In this document: positions 39,349 to 52,644 of the stretch, piece by piece
How positions within the stretch are numbered: position 1 is the first letter of the stretch
How the letters are laid out: every line of letters starts with the position of its first letter
Made by a program: the position numbers and the translations under genes
From: Lytechinus pictus
Lineage: Eukaryota
Direction of reading: 5' to 3'
Length of the DNA: 64,000 nt
Assembly (NCBI RefSeq): GCF_037042905.1
Contig: NC_087245.1
Coordinates: 35,156,001 to 35,220,000, forward strand
The notes under the pieces: generated by a model
What the model saw: only the letters and a program-made list of their open reading frames with translations
Database searches by the model: none
Told to the model about the DNA's origin: nothing

Positions 39349-42139
39349 GGGTAGTCCTAACAGTCACTTCTTTATTCTTATTAAACAACATACACAAAAA
39401 ACAATATACAATAATCTCATAGCCCCTATGGTGCGAGCTAAAATATTTTTGAAATTTCATGTATTTTATCCTCAAAATTGAACATTCTGAGCAATGTTTG
39501 TGAACTTGAACAAGATGCGTATTTAACTAAAATTGCTGCGAGCGCAAAGGACAAGCAACAAAAAAAAAAAAGAAGAGAGAAATATACATTCTGGCCTGAT
39601 CGAAAAGGGACTTGCTAATGGCGGTTTACAGTTAGCCATGAAGATGATGCATATTTCAATCAAAACAATACGAGCGCAAAGCGCGAGCTGAAAAATGTTT
39701 GAAATTCTGACCATAAAAATTGACATTCCAAGCACTTAATCATGAACAGAATAAGTAATATTCTAGGTACACAATTCAAGCACGAAGCGTGAGCGGATAA
39801 AAATTGAGATTTATAGACCTAAAAACGGAACACTATTTTATATTCATGTTTTCTAAATCGTGAAAAGGATGGGTAATTGGTTACCGTCTTACATTTATAA
39901 TGCAAGCGCGAGAAGAAAATTTTTGATATTCTGATCTGAAGCGAGATAATTTAAGCATGTTTTCAATACATGATAAGCAGCCTATCTCAATAAACATGTG
40001 TTCATGTTCTAGAATTTGTGCATTCTAAATACACTTTTTATCACGGAAATCAATAATGCGAGCGTGAAGCGCGAACTTAAAATATTGGATATTTCGATGT
40101 GAAAAGGTCAAATTAAGCACTATTTAAAGCACTGTGTAGGAAAATAATTGTGAAGTGGACATGAATCACTCTTAATAAATGAGGCGAATGCAAAGCATGA
40201 GTTGCTGAAGTTATTCTGGCCTAGGACCGGGACATTCTAAGGACATTTGTTCATCGTATGAATGACTGTCTTCCGATTCCTCTTCCCAAGCGCAAAAAGA
40301 AACATGTCGATCTTCCAATCTGAAAAAAGTGACAATTTAATAACTTTACGGTATTAGGAATGAATGAAAATAATATTATCTTATTTTCCTAATCTAATAA
40401 GCCTAATGAGAGCGCTAAATTTGTTGATATTAAAGCCTTAAAACTTGACATTTTAAGCGCTTTTGCAATTATGAATAGGATGCATTAATTAACGTACTTT
40501 TAGAAATTAATGCGAACGGCAATTGCGAGCGAATTTTTAATTTAATAAACTTATTATTAACTTAATAAACTGTCATGAAAAGGGAATTTTAAGTACTTTG
40601 ATTTATATACATAACTCACCAATTCAAGCACTTGCCCGCAATACCTGATAGGATTTGACAATCAGACCTTAAAAGTTATATTTTGATAAATTTATGGAAT
40701 AGGACCTATACACGAAGAGAATAGGTACTCCACAAATCAAATAATGCTAGGGCACAGCGTGAGCTAAAAATGTTGATACTAAGATCATAAAACGAATATT
40801 TTACAAAGCACTTTTTTATTGATTCGTAAATCAAACAGAATAATGAAAGTTCAATGTCTTATAGCTGACCGTACAGTATATGTTTTGTATTTTTGACTAC
40901 AAAGCTTGAAATTTCAAGCTCCATATATCAGCCTATTGAGCAATAATGTATAACTCATCGAAAATGAGCAATGCGAGTGCAAAGCGCGAGCGAAAATTTC
41001 AATTTTACATGTTTTTTTAATCATCAAAGTCTCCCCTTCCTAATTTTATTCACTTTTCTCCCTCCCTTTCCCCCTCTTACTTTTCCCCTCTCTTTTCCTT
41101 CTTTTTCTCTCTCCCTTTTTTGGTCTTTAATCCGCCCGGGGGGGGGGGGGGGGGGGGGTGACCGGGCCCCCTGGATCCTTCTATGGTAGCGATGGTGGTG
41201 GGAGAAAGAAAGAAAGCATTTGAATTATTCACCTCACAGTGTTAAACGGGGAAAATAGGAAATGGCTAAATTTTGAAAATCAGTAATGTGGAGCCCTATT
41301 CAAGTTTACTTTCATGCATCTACACCAACACCTTGACAGGGGCTGATCCAGGATTTTCCAAAGTGGGGGCATTCAATACAAAAAATAAACAAGGCCTAGT
41401 ATACTAGACCCCCCCCCCCTCCTTAATAGGTGAAATTTGGCTAGGAAAACGTCATTCCATACAATTAATGTTTCGTTCCTGGGAAAAGTTGACAGCTGAC
41501 AAATAAGTCCTCACTTGAGTATGAACGCCAAAATCCACTATTTGATATATTACGGGAGGAGGCACCTTTATCTTTCTCCCCTTTCCTTATTCCTCATCCA
41601 TTCTATAGGCAGATCCATGGGACCAAATTAAGGGTGGCGGCGCCCCCCTCCTACTGGCGGTGCAAAAATTAAAAAGAAAGGTTATTAGTGCTGTATAGTT
41701 AAAGGAAAAAAAAATCGGCTTTTAACGGCGCTGATCGGGGAGAAAAATTGTATCCCCCCTATTGGCAAAATTTGGATCCACACCGGGTATTGGCCTGTCG
41801 TACCTCCCAGTAAATGAAACAACAAAATCAACAAAGGCCGTTGCACTAGTACTAAAATTTTTGCGAGTCTTTATTTTTTAAATATTTTCGTTTATAATGG
41901 TATTCATTAAATAGTGGAGGTTCGCATCCTGAGAATTCAAAGAAAAAGAAAAAAAAATGTGCACTGAACAGGAAACACTTAACGTCCTTTTCAATTCCAA
42001 TTTAGATAATTACTTCTTTACTCAAAGTCATTCAAATAAAAAAATAAGCATAATTTTTTTATACCTTATATTTGTTCATCACGAATACAATGAAGCCGAC
42101 ACTTATTTGCTTTGTTTTGGATTAATCTTTATATTATTA

Positions 42140-42630
42140 ATTCACTTCAAATAAAATTCATATACATGTATACATAAACAGGAAAATATCACAGAAAATA
42201 ATATAACAAATTAATTGCAGTTGTATAAAACATCATAGAAAATAACATGACAGATAAATTTTATCTCGACAGGCACTGTTTCATTCGATCATAAAACAAT
42301 CGCGCTTTTTCACTCCTTGTGCACGCACAACTCTATCAGTATTGTTTCATCTTCATCTGTCCTCAATGACAAGGACACCAGCATAATTCATTCACTTCAA
42401 ATAAAATTCATACATACATATACAGGAAAATATCAAAGAAAATAATATAACAAATCAATTGCAGTTGTATAAAACATCATAGAAAATAACATGGCAGATG
42501 AATTTTATCTCGACAGGCACACTGTTTCATTCGATCATAAAACGATCGCGCTGTTTCACTCATTGTACACGCGCAACTCTATCAGAATTGTTTCATCTGT
42601 CCCCGATGAGGCAAACACCAGCAGTGATAT
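42140..42630. repeat. ~250-bp tandem duplication
   Basis: Two diverged copies, each starting attcacttcaaataaaattcata and ending acaccagca. Confidence 0.85.
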
Positions 42631-44206
42631 GCACGGATAAGCATGATAAGTGCACAAGTTGCAGTTGCTCGTGCGCGGAGAATGAATTAAGTTTGGCGGC
42701 TGGGTAAAGTCTAGCGAGAAAGGCACGTCACCAACGAACTTCACGATAGACCACGCCTACTTGCCGAGGTAACCAATGTTGATTGACAGCCCATTTAGTT
42801 TTTTTAGTAGTATGAAAAAGTACAGGCATGTATAAACTTCATTTTAGTTAGAATTCATTCAAAAAACAATTTTTAAACATTTATTGCTATATTTTCTACA
42901 TGAAAAAAGGAATTTTTACGCGACAATCAGTATGATATGTGTGGGCACCGTTTAAGTCATAAAGCATACGATACTCTGTGGATTTAACCTCCAAACGTCA
43001 CTTTCGATACCACGTGAAGGTAAGACACTTCATCCCACATAAGTCAACTTTAATATAGAAATCACAGGGCATAATATTTGTAACTAAGATTAACTAATTT
43101 ACTGAGGAAAAAGCATTTCAATGGTTGTTTTTGCCGTCGAGAACAGACCATGGGTGGCGAGGTGCACTATTTACGCACTTGCAATTGGCTTCTCATTTGC
43201 CCATAGCAATATGGCCAAGGGGATCAGCCGACCTTTTGGGAACCCTACTTACACAGTAAATGGACGCGGCCTAAAGTAAAGGGGTCGTTGTAAAGCAGAT
43301 TCGCAAGCATTTTAGCTGATTTTACAAGAGACTGATGTGTGGAAAGATAAAAGACCTTACTTTTTAAAATCATGGAAAAACAGGTTATTCAGGAATGAGA
43401 GAGATTAGAGGGAGAAAGATACCGTATTTTGAAATGCAGCGCTGGCAGATAAAAAATTGCGCACGTTGACGTACCTACTAATAAAACCGGGAGCTGATTT
43501 TAAACTCGGTTACAGCCAACGTTCTCGCCAGGTTCATTCTGACGCTTGGCGGCGCGAAGCGATGATACGCAAGCCGCGCAGCGGCCTTGGTGCGTGCGAA
43601 GCACGCACGGGGGGAGGGTCGCGGGAGGGGGGTGTCCCCCCTCCCACGCGGAGCGCGGTAGCTATCGAAAATATCAATATCGACGAGCTTAGATTGCTGC
43701 TAAATGCACCACATTTGATGTCTATTTAATGCTTCTCCGGCCACACAGCCGTAACGGTTGCGCGAATTGCGATCGATTGAAGCAGAAAGGCAAGTACTGA
43801 TGAAAAAGGTCAAAAGAAAAGATTTAAATTCAATCTCATTTTATACTTACAGTTTATAGATTTATTCACATCAATGACATCGATAATGTACTCCATACTT
43901 TCCAATGTCTAGATCGCTACGTCCTTAGAAAGTGCGATTCATTTTGTGAATGCGTGTCAATGACCGACTACATCTACGGACCGCATGCGCGCCGCGCCCT
44001 TACTCAATCCAAAGATTGTTCCGACTTTGTTTGGAAGCCTCGGAAGAAAACTTCCGAGGCTTCCAAATAATGGGCATCGGTATTCATGAGACGATATAAT
44101 TTGCATGTTTGTTTTGTTTTCAGATACTCACTGAAACTATGACTCTCATAATTAAGACTTCTGCTGATGATGTTTATACTAATAATATCCAATCAAGATT
44201 CGTTTA

Positions 44207-44602
44207 TCACTGTCAATTATTGCTATGTTCATTTGTATTGTTCTATACTCGCCTATAAAATAATGAATGTGTCCATCACGAGCGGGAGAAATATTTTTAG
44301 TCATTCATCATACTTTAATATTACGATTTTGTTCTTATTATAATTAATTGCGATTTAAAATGTTTTAAAAGTAAAGCTTAATTGACAGGAAAGTAGATTT
44401 ATACTCACTGTCAATTATTCCTATATGTTCATTTGTATTGTTCTATACTCGCCTATAAAATAATGAATGTGTCCATCACGAGCGGGAGAAATATTTTTAG
44501 TCATTCATCATACTTTAATATTACGATTTTGTTCTTATTATAATTAATTGCGATTTAAAATGTTTTGAAAGTAAAGCTTAATTGACAGGAAAGCAGATTT
44601 GT
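44207..44602. repeat. Near-perfect ~198-bp tandem duplication
   Basis: Two copies of tcactgtcaattatt...ttgacaggaaag.agattt. Confidence 0.92.
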
Positions 44603-45480
44603 ATTTTTAAATAATGCACTATGTAGGCCTACAAATACAGCGTGTGTGAAAGAGAGGAAGAGGGGGGGGAGGGTTGTAGCTAGGATGGTCGAAGGGGGAG
44701 CGCGAAAGGGGAGGGGTCGTGGCGTGGACAATGACAAGGGGATGTTGAGATCGTACGTGTGTGTGGGATTGGTGAAGAAGTCAATATTCGAAGCGAATGC
44801 ATATTTATAGACATGTCTATACTACTACTGATGATGACGGCTGAATAATCTTTCTTTACATGTATATTTTGGCGATTTTAAATTTTTTAAATATTTTCTT
44901 GCATCATGAGTGGGAAGATCGAGGTACGTGATTCAATAAATTGCATCAGTTTTCAAGTTACAGAAATTCACGAACAGATTATTAAAATTGAAAAAAAAAA
45001 AGAGTCAGAAAGATCTTTTTATAGCCCCCATCCAGTGTAAACAACATGAAGAATATTTGAGGTCACGAAACCAGCTGATTCGCATTCATACAACAGGTTA
45101 ACAGGTCACGCACATGGTACACAGTCATTCAAAGGGCGGGAATTCGGGGAAACCCGTTTTCAAGCACAATGATTGGCTCAACCCAGAAAGTGAATACTAA
45201 TTAGATCACGTGCCATCGGCTTTGGGGCGTCTCGTTCACATTCCAACTCATTTCATAAATATAATCCACTCGCAGTAATTAGGCTAACGACGTTGTAAAG
45301 ATAACTCTCTATATAAAACACAATTCCGATATAAAACATATATAACGACATAAGTGAAATTGAAAAATTCATCCAGCGATATTCAAATTATACTAGCGAC
45401 TCATGTGGGCGTGGGCAAACAAAATACATATCCTCTAAAACGTTCACACATATCAACTTCAATAATTCGTACTTGAAATG

Positions 45481-45634
45481 CAGGGGCCGCGGAAAGGTCT
45501 TGAAAGTGGGGGGGGGGGGCTGACCACCATGCAAAAAACGCAATCAGGTGGTCCTGTTTTTTTACATGGTTTTGGAAAAAAAAGTGGGGGAGCTGAAGCC
45601 CACCCAGCCCCCCCCCCCTGTTTCCGCGGCCCTG
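45481..45634. mobile_element. ~153-bp CAGGGGCCGCGGAA-ended MITE
   Basis: TIRs are present and the flanking 5-bp direct repeat is AAATG. A sister copy is at 59612-59764. Confidence 0.8.
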
Positions 45635-47312
45635 AAATGAATATCTGTGAATGAATTGTCAATTCCACTTTGTTGAATGTGTACTTTTATTGAAATCTAT
45701 TGAATCACGTACCCCTCCCGACCAAGTCCAAGGGTTGATTTTCCACTCGCCATAAAGATTATGCAGCCACAATCACAGTAGACACATCCATAAAAGAATA
45801 TTAATTTAATTCGCTCCGAACATTGACTTCTTTTCGCCAATCCCCTCCCAACAAAGTCACAAACATCCCATCATTTTCATTTACATTGCCCACGACCACC
45901 TCCCATTATTCTCTTTCTCCTTTACACAAATTAATTTCAAATAATATTTTATTTTAAATCGTAGTTGTTACCGGGAGTTGTTAAGCAATTGTACAACAAA
46001 TTCACGAAGCATTCACTGTAATGACTAATTGGCAGGCAAAGAGTAGTAAAGAACAATACAAATGAAAATACACTGTACGTATAACTCACATTAAAAAATG
46101 AGTCGTAATATGATAAAAAGCGTGAATAAAATTAATAAAGATTATTACTTATGAAAATTATAACAGATTCAATGAATATCTGAAGAAAAAAAAAACATTC
46201 AAATCAGTTTTGGATCCCATCTAATTTTGGAAGACCCGGATAGATTTTGATGCCATGTGCGATTTGTATTATGTATGTGGCCATGGCGAGCGCTAGTGCA
46301 GTGACACAGAACTTGGTAGACACACCGTCGCGAAATTAATCGACACTTTCAAAAGATCGATGTAGAGATCAAGACTTTGGAAATTATGGAGTAAAATTGG
46401 AATATAAATGTGAATAATCATTTTGCTGTGAGTAAATGAGTTGGACATTATATCAATCCATTCATGTGGCTGTGGCTTTGTCATTATTAACGTGATCTTT
46501 TAATAATTTTCTCAATTCGTTCTACGGCAGTGTCATCAGAAATGCATTCAATGAATTCATGTACCGTAGATGTAGCTATAATAAGGCTGGGGCCTGGGAC
46601 GAGATGAAACTAAATTTCGATCGAATTTTTATATTATTTTTTGACACACTTTACTTTTGACAAAATAAATGACAATATCAACTGAAATTCGTAACATCTA
46701 AATTACATTGCCCAACCCAGTAACCCACGGTACCCCTCTCTTCTCACTTTATTTTTGAGCGTATTTTACTACCATTTTAAAGACGTAAATAATGAGAGCA
46801 ATGCGATACGCAAATGCGAGGTAAACATCTTCGCACTTCCCACATAAGAGAGAGAGAGTTAAATTGGGCCTCGAGTCGAGGTCGTATCGTATACAGCATA
46901 GTAGCGAAGCAAAGAAATCCCGGGAAGAAATCGTGGAAGAAATAATCGACAAGTTTATTTTAGGATCTGAAAAGCAGATTGTTTTTATTTTAAATATATT
47001 ATTCAGTTTTTTGTGTGGATCTAGGCCTGTTTTACAGTTGTCGGCCACGGTTGTCGGGGAAGTTCACGGTTGGCGGATTTGCCCTGAAAATTTTCAGGGT
47101 TGTCGGCGCCCGCCAACCGTGACGCGTGGTAGCGAGAACGTTGGTTACAGCCATACCTTCATCCATATAATCGAGGTAAGTGCATAATTTATATTTTCCC
47201 CTTTTATTTTGAGTGCTATTGCGACCCCATTTTGGAGAGCATCTGTCCGCCTCGTATTACACGGACGAGTCCTGGGGAGTGTTTCATCAACATTTTCATC
47301 TGACAAGTTGTC

Positions 47313-47434
47313 AGGGGCCTGTTGCAGAAAGAGTTGCAATCGATTGCAACTCTAAAAATCATGCGCAACTTGATTTTCAACCAATCAACAGAGCGCATTT
47401 GGGACTTGCGATTGATTTTTTGACTTGCGTTTAA
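47313..47434. mobile_element. Truncated GGGGCC-ended MITE
   Basis: Terminus ggggcctgttgcagaaagagttgcaatcgattgcaactct matches, in reverse complement, the insert in the 31-bp minisatellite. Confidence 0.5.
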
Positions 47435-47720
47435 GGCCATATCGTGATTGCTGACTCCAGAGACATAAAGTATACAGTACCTGAATTTCACTAAGCACTA
47501 CCACGCCTTGTTGATTTTCAATAGATGATGCGAGAATTTAACAATTCAGCTAGCTCTCTCACTGGACAAGACTCTCGCACATGGGACAATTTCTGCATTG
47601 ACATGACATTGCGCAGCAACTTAACTCTCGCATCGTCACACTCCCCCCAATCATAATGGATCATTCTAGATGATATCATATCACACACAGTCACACACAT
47701 TAATTTTCAACGTCCTATTA

Positions 47721-47888
47721 CTTTATCTTCCTTTTTGACTCCAGCGCGTGTTATCGCGTTGTCAAAACCCATTGCAGAGCCAAAAAGGAGGATAAAACCT
47801 AGAATCTTAACTTTATCGTTCTTTTTGGCTCCGTCTATGGGTTTTGGCCACGCGATAACACGCGCTGGAGTCAAAAAGGAAGATAAAT
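47721..47888. repeat. ~170-bp palindrome abutting the 157-bp array
   Basis: Arms tttatcttcctttttgactccagcgcgtgttatcgcgt / acgcgataacacgcgctggagtcaaaaaggaagataaa, with imperfect pairing continuing to a ~15-nt loop. Confidence 0.92.
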
Positions 47889-49895
47889 AATAAGCTTGTT
47901 GAAATTGTATTGGATGGATAGCTAACTGTCTAAAAGTGGCAGAGTGGTTTTGAAGAGAAGGGAAAAGAGGGGTTGATGAAATATACAAGTTAATTACCGT
48001 GCGTATATCGTTAAAAAAGTGGAGTCAAAAAGGAGGATAAAGATATAGACAGTTTGAATTGATTTATTTAGTGGATAGCGAACTGTCTAAAAGTGGCAGA
48101 GTGGTTTTGAAGAGAAGGGAAAAGAGGGGTTGATGGAATATACAGGTTAATTACCGTGCGTATATCGTTAAAAAAGTGGAGTCAAAAAGGAGGATAAAGA
48201 TATAGACAGTTTGAATTGATTTATTTAGTGGATAGCCTACTGTCTAAAAGTGGCAGAGTGGTTTTGAAGAGAAGGGAAAAGAGGGGTTGATGGAATATAC
48301 AGGTTAATTACCGTGCGTATATCTGGTTTTGATTGGTGGTGATTTTTTTTACCTGATTGCTAAGGAAGCATGAATGCTTGTAAGCAAGCAACCAGAGGAC
48401 CGACGGCTTAAGGTCCACTCAGAAGGACCTGGTACTGAGGATTAATGCCTTACCAAAGGGCACTAGCGCACCAAGTGGGAATCGAACCCGGGTCACCGGA
48501 ATACGAGTCCCTCGCTCTACCGACTGAGCTATCGCGCCTCCATATCGTTAAAAAAGTGGAGTTAAAAAGGAGGATAAAGATATAGACAGTTTGAATTGAT
48601 TTATTTAGTGGATAGCCTAGTGTCTAAAAGTGGCAGAGTGGTTTTGAAGAGAAGGGAAAAGAGGGGTTGATGGAATATACAGGTTAATTACCGTGCGTAT
48701 ATCGTTAAAAAAGTGGAGTAAAAAAGGAGGGTAAAGATAAAGACAGTTTGAATTGATTTATTTAGTGGATAGCCTAGTGTCTAAAAGTGGCAGAGTGGTT
48801 TTGAAGAGAAGGGAAAAGAGGGGTTGATGGAATATACATGTTAATTACCGTGCGTATATCGTAAAAAAAGTGGAGTCAAAAAGGAGGATAAAGATATAGA
48901 CAGTTTGAATTGATTTATTTAGTGGATAGCGAACTGTCTAAAAGTGGCAGAGTGGTTTTGAAGAGAAGGGAAAAGAGGGGTTGATGGAATATACAGGTTA
49001 ATTACCGTGCGTATATCGTTAAAAAAGTGGAGTCAAAAAGGAGGATAAAGATATAGACAGTTTGAATTGATTTATTTAGTGGATAGCCTACTGTCTAAAA
49101 GTGGCAGAGTGGTTTTGAAGAGAAGGGAAAAGAGGGGTTGATGGAATATACAGGTTAATTACCGTGCGTATATCGTTAAAAAAGTGGAGTTAAAAAGGAG
49201 GATAAAGATATAGACAGTTTGAATTGATTTATTTAGTGGATAGCCTAGTGTCTAAAAGTGGCAGAGTGGTTTTGAAGAGAAGGGAAAAGAGGGGTTGATG
49301 GAATATACAGGTTAATTACCGTGCGTATATCGTTAAAAAAGTGGAGTCAAAAAGGAGGATAAAGATATAGACAGTTTGAATTGATTTATTTAGTGGATAG
49401 CCTACTGTCTAAAAGTGGCAGAGTGGTTTTGAAGAGAAGGGAAAAGAGGGGTTGATGGAATATACAGGTTAATTACCGTGCGTATATCGTTAAAAAAGTG
49501 GAGTAAAAAAGGAGGATAAAGATATAGACAGTTTGAATTGATTTATTTAGTGGATAGCCTACTGTCTAAAAGTGGCAGAGTGGTTTTGAAGAGAAGGGAA
49601 AAGAGGGGTTGATGGAATATACATGTTAATTACCGTGCGTATATCGTTAAAAAAGTGGAGTCAAAAAGGAGGATAAAGATATAGACAGTTTGAATTGATA
49701 TATTTAGTGGATAGCCTATATACTGTCTAAAAGTGGCAGAGTGGTTCTGAAGAGAAGGGAAAAGAGGGGTTGATGAATATACAGTTAATTACCGTGCGTA
49801 ATTTTGTTGGAAAAGTGGAGCAAAAAAGAACGATAAATATATAGACAGTTGATACTGTGACTTATTTTGTGGATAGTAAAAAGTTGCAGAGTGAT
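47866..49895 (+). repeat. 157-bp tandem satellite, ~11.5 highly similar copies
   Basis: Unit gtggagtcaaaaaggaggataaag...ccgtgcgtatatcgttaaaaaa, with starts at 48019 and 48176. Interrupted once by a SINE. Confidence 0.97.
48324..48541 (-). mobile_element. Full-length tRNA-derived SINE (218 bp)
   Basis: On the minus strand: A box TAGCTCAGTCGG, B box GGTTCGATTCC, a tRNA-unrelated body and an A/C-rich tail. TSD ATATC at 48319-48323 and 48542-48546; every other satellite unit shows the empty site. Confidence 0.92.
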
Positions 49896-50829
49896 GAGGA
49901 GACAAACGATGGGTTACTTAAATGACAGTGAAATTTCTTTGAAAACAGTGGAGTAAAAAATGTAAACTTGGCTGAATTATCGCTGCCTAAATGAAATGTA
50001 AGATTGATAAATGACAGGGTTATTTTATAATTAGATTTTTTTTTTCCTTAGTAACATTTAAGAGAGATTAACAAAATTTGTGGCACTGACTAAATAAATT
50101 GGCCGATCATTTTATTCAGATTTTTGTCAGTTAAGTCAGTCAGTCATGAAAGGCCTTTATAGATTCCCACTTGGCTGACAAAATAAGACAGAACTTTGAA
50201 TTGGGAAGATCATCAATCTGATTGTCGACCACTGACTAAATAAATTTAGAACGATTTTGATTCTGTCAACTTTCAGAAGACAGATGCAAATTCTACTTTC
50301 TGTCAATCAACAGGTGTGAGAAATTAACAAGCATGTGGCACGCGCTGGGTATGCGTACATAACGAGCCGTGAAATTTACATGTCTATTGAATTAGGCATT
50401 CCTGCACACTTGTAATATACATATAGTATCATGTAGATATCATTTTGGGGAAAGTAATTAGTTTGTGAAAGCTGTGTATCGAGCTGCAGGGATTATTGAT
50501 ATTCATTTAGTTTGTTGAATGTTCAAGAATGATTTGACAAAGTGTGAGGCATTTTCCTCGATACACAAATTTTATTTTTAGTCAGTTATCCCATCAATGA
50601 TAACAACGTTCTAGAAAAAGAAAGAGCAGAATCAAACAAACCAGTTTCCGATAGGTTTTTCTTTATTTAGTCCAAGCCAACACTCAAAGGCGAAAAAGCA
50701 AATGAGAAAGTTTTGAGGGAGAGAGAGAGAGAGGATAATAAGAAAGTATATCCCCTTGCACACGCACTGGAAGATTTTGATCGTGAGCCAACTCGAGCGC
50801 GGATGGAACTTCAGACCCAGTGTCGAGAC

Positions 50830-51698
50830 CACTCTAGGCGACACCCCAATACTTACCCGTGTTAATAAACTGGGACTCCACTCACGCGCATTTGGGCCGC
50901 CCTAGCTTAGAACTAAGCAATATTATCTAGAAATTGTTAAACTATAGTCATATAATATGTTCTATTAAATAAATTGATAATGTTTAATCGGTACTCACCG
51001 GTTCTTTTGTTGCATTTTCAGACCATTTCTCACAATTCTTCGTAAATATTTGCGGCAAATTTTGTCGCCATAGACAGCTATACGTCCATCTTTATTAATA
51101 AATGGAGCGCCCTTTACGATAGTTGTTAATGCCGCGGAGAAATCGTCAGGCATTTTGGCCTGTGTTCAAGGCGTTCTTTCTGTTTTATTTTTTATATTGA
51201 AGATTGTGCATTTGTTGAATAGCGCCGTCTACGTCAGGTATGAGATCGAGTGTATAAATACACTCTTCCAAAATAATTATGATTCCGACCTGGCGCTGTT
51301 TAACTTCAATTTCTTTCACCTAAATTAGCGATGAATGCTAGCATTATAAAATATATATTATTAACGTCTGACAAAAAGAATAATCAACCGATCAGCTGAC
51401 GAGAACGCGAATCACGTGATCTTCATATCAGCTTCAATCGCGAGTCAGAAGTGAAGAGCAACTGCCCAGAAAATCAGGAAAAAGCCGTGAAAATGTAAGT
51501 TCCCCTTCATTTTTTTGTTGTTGCTAACGATGCATTTACACTATAAAATTATAATTTAATTAGATAAAGGAATATAGCTTGTACTTGTGATATAATATAG
51601 AAATATCCTGTTCTCAGATATTTCTAACCAAAAATACTACTGATGTCGCCTATGAGGTCCATACATGTAATGTTTGGACCTCATTGGTACTAGGAGTG
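50830..51698. mobile_element. Putative element A (CACTC...GAGTG ends) flanked by GTCGAGAC direct repeats
   Basis: GTCGAGAC at 50822-50829 and 51699-51706. Subterminal IR TAGGCGACA/TGTCGCCTA and a 3' hairpin ATGAGGTCCA/TGGACCTCAT. Confidence 0.5.
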
Positions 51699-51707
51699 GT
51701 CGAGACT

Positions 51708-52635
51708 TAGACCAAAAGCTTCGGTCTCTGTTATGTTGGTTGTTCCGCTGAACTACGTTGGCTCCACTCACCAAATACATAGACCGAAGTTAAACCGTCG
51801 TCTGTACAGGGGCTCAATGGCCACAGCTAATTTCTTGTTTTTCTCCTCGATACCGCGATATTTTCCACCAAAAGTTCATACATATGCACCTATAGCTGAA
51901 AATGTATAAGTAACGACAGTTTCTTACCCTAAATTCCCCCTTTAAAACTAGCAATCAGGGGATTAACTCTGAAAGTTGACACTTGCGACTCGGACTAGTG
52001 GGCAGCCATCTTGGTAATGAATAATTCATGAAAAAGTGGCTGACTCCGCCCCATGACCTTTACATCACACATTACAGAAGGGGAAAAGAAAGGAGCAGTT
52101 AAAGAAACAAAAGAAAAAAGGGGAAATAAAAAATAAAAAGAAAAGTAAAACAAAAAAGAGAGAAAACGAAAGAGAAAGAGATAAAGGAAAATGGAAAAAA
52201 CCGTCTAGAATTTTAGTATTCATAAACCCGACGTAAAAGAGATGATCTGATTGGCCAATGGTTTTGATACGCAGTTGACCCGGAAGTTCTTCCAACGGCA
52301 TATGTTTGTGTGTTATATCGACTTCGGATGAACGAGTGAACTAGGAGCTACACGACAGCCGAGGTAAGTCGCTGTTTTTTTTCCTTTTAATTTTATTTTT
52401 CCCTCGTTTTTGGCAATTAATGCCAAGAGGGAATATTAATTCGCATATTTGTCCATTTATTTTCATATATATTTATGAAATAAAGACAAAAATCGATAAG
52501 CCCCGTCGGGGGGAATTTGCATTGTACCTCCCCTAATGGTGGCGACACGCTAGCGAGCTGTCTGTGTATGAGGAGAAATTAAAAAAATAAAAAATGTTGA
52601 AAAACTCCTCGAAACAGACGGCTGCCAGCTGTCTA
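51708..52635 (+). mobile_element. Putative AcademH-like non-autonomous element B (TAGAC...GTCTA) with 9-bp TSD
   Basis: GTCGAGACT at 51699-51707 and 52636-52644, TAG...CTA termini, and a subterminal hairpin at 51719-51789. Confidence 0.62.
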
Positions 52636-52644
52636 GTCGAGACT

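Larger units (their letters stand above)
36060..41185. repeat. Old degenerate modular repeat marked by recurring GCGAGCGCGAAGCGCGAGC motifs; hosts several nested insertions
   Basis: Motif variants at ~36101, 37211, 37369, 37731, 39538, 39671, 39780, 40058, 40511 and 40973, with similar intervening sequence. Confidence 0.65.
43517..47143. mobile_element. 3.6-kb non-autonomous cut-and-paste element (hAT- or P-like)
   Basis: 12-bp TIR CAACGTTCTCGC / GCGAGAACGTTG. Perfect 8-bp TSD GTTACAGC at 43509-43516 and 47144-47151. No transposase ORF recognised. Confidence 0.8.

Noticed and set aside
48468..48541. Functional tRNA gene
   Set aside because: The acceptor stem pairs poorly, and the sequence continues into a SINE body and tail with a TSD, so it is a SINE head.
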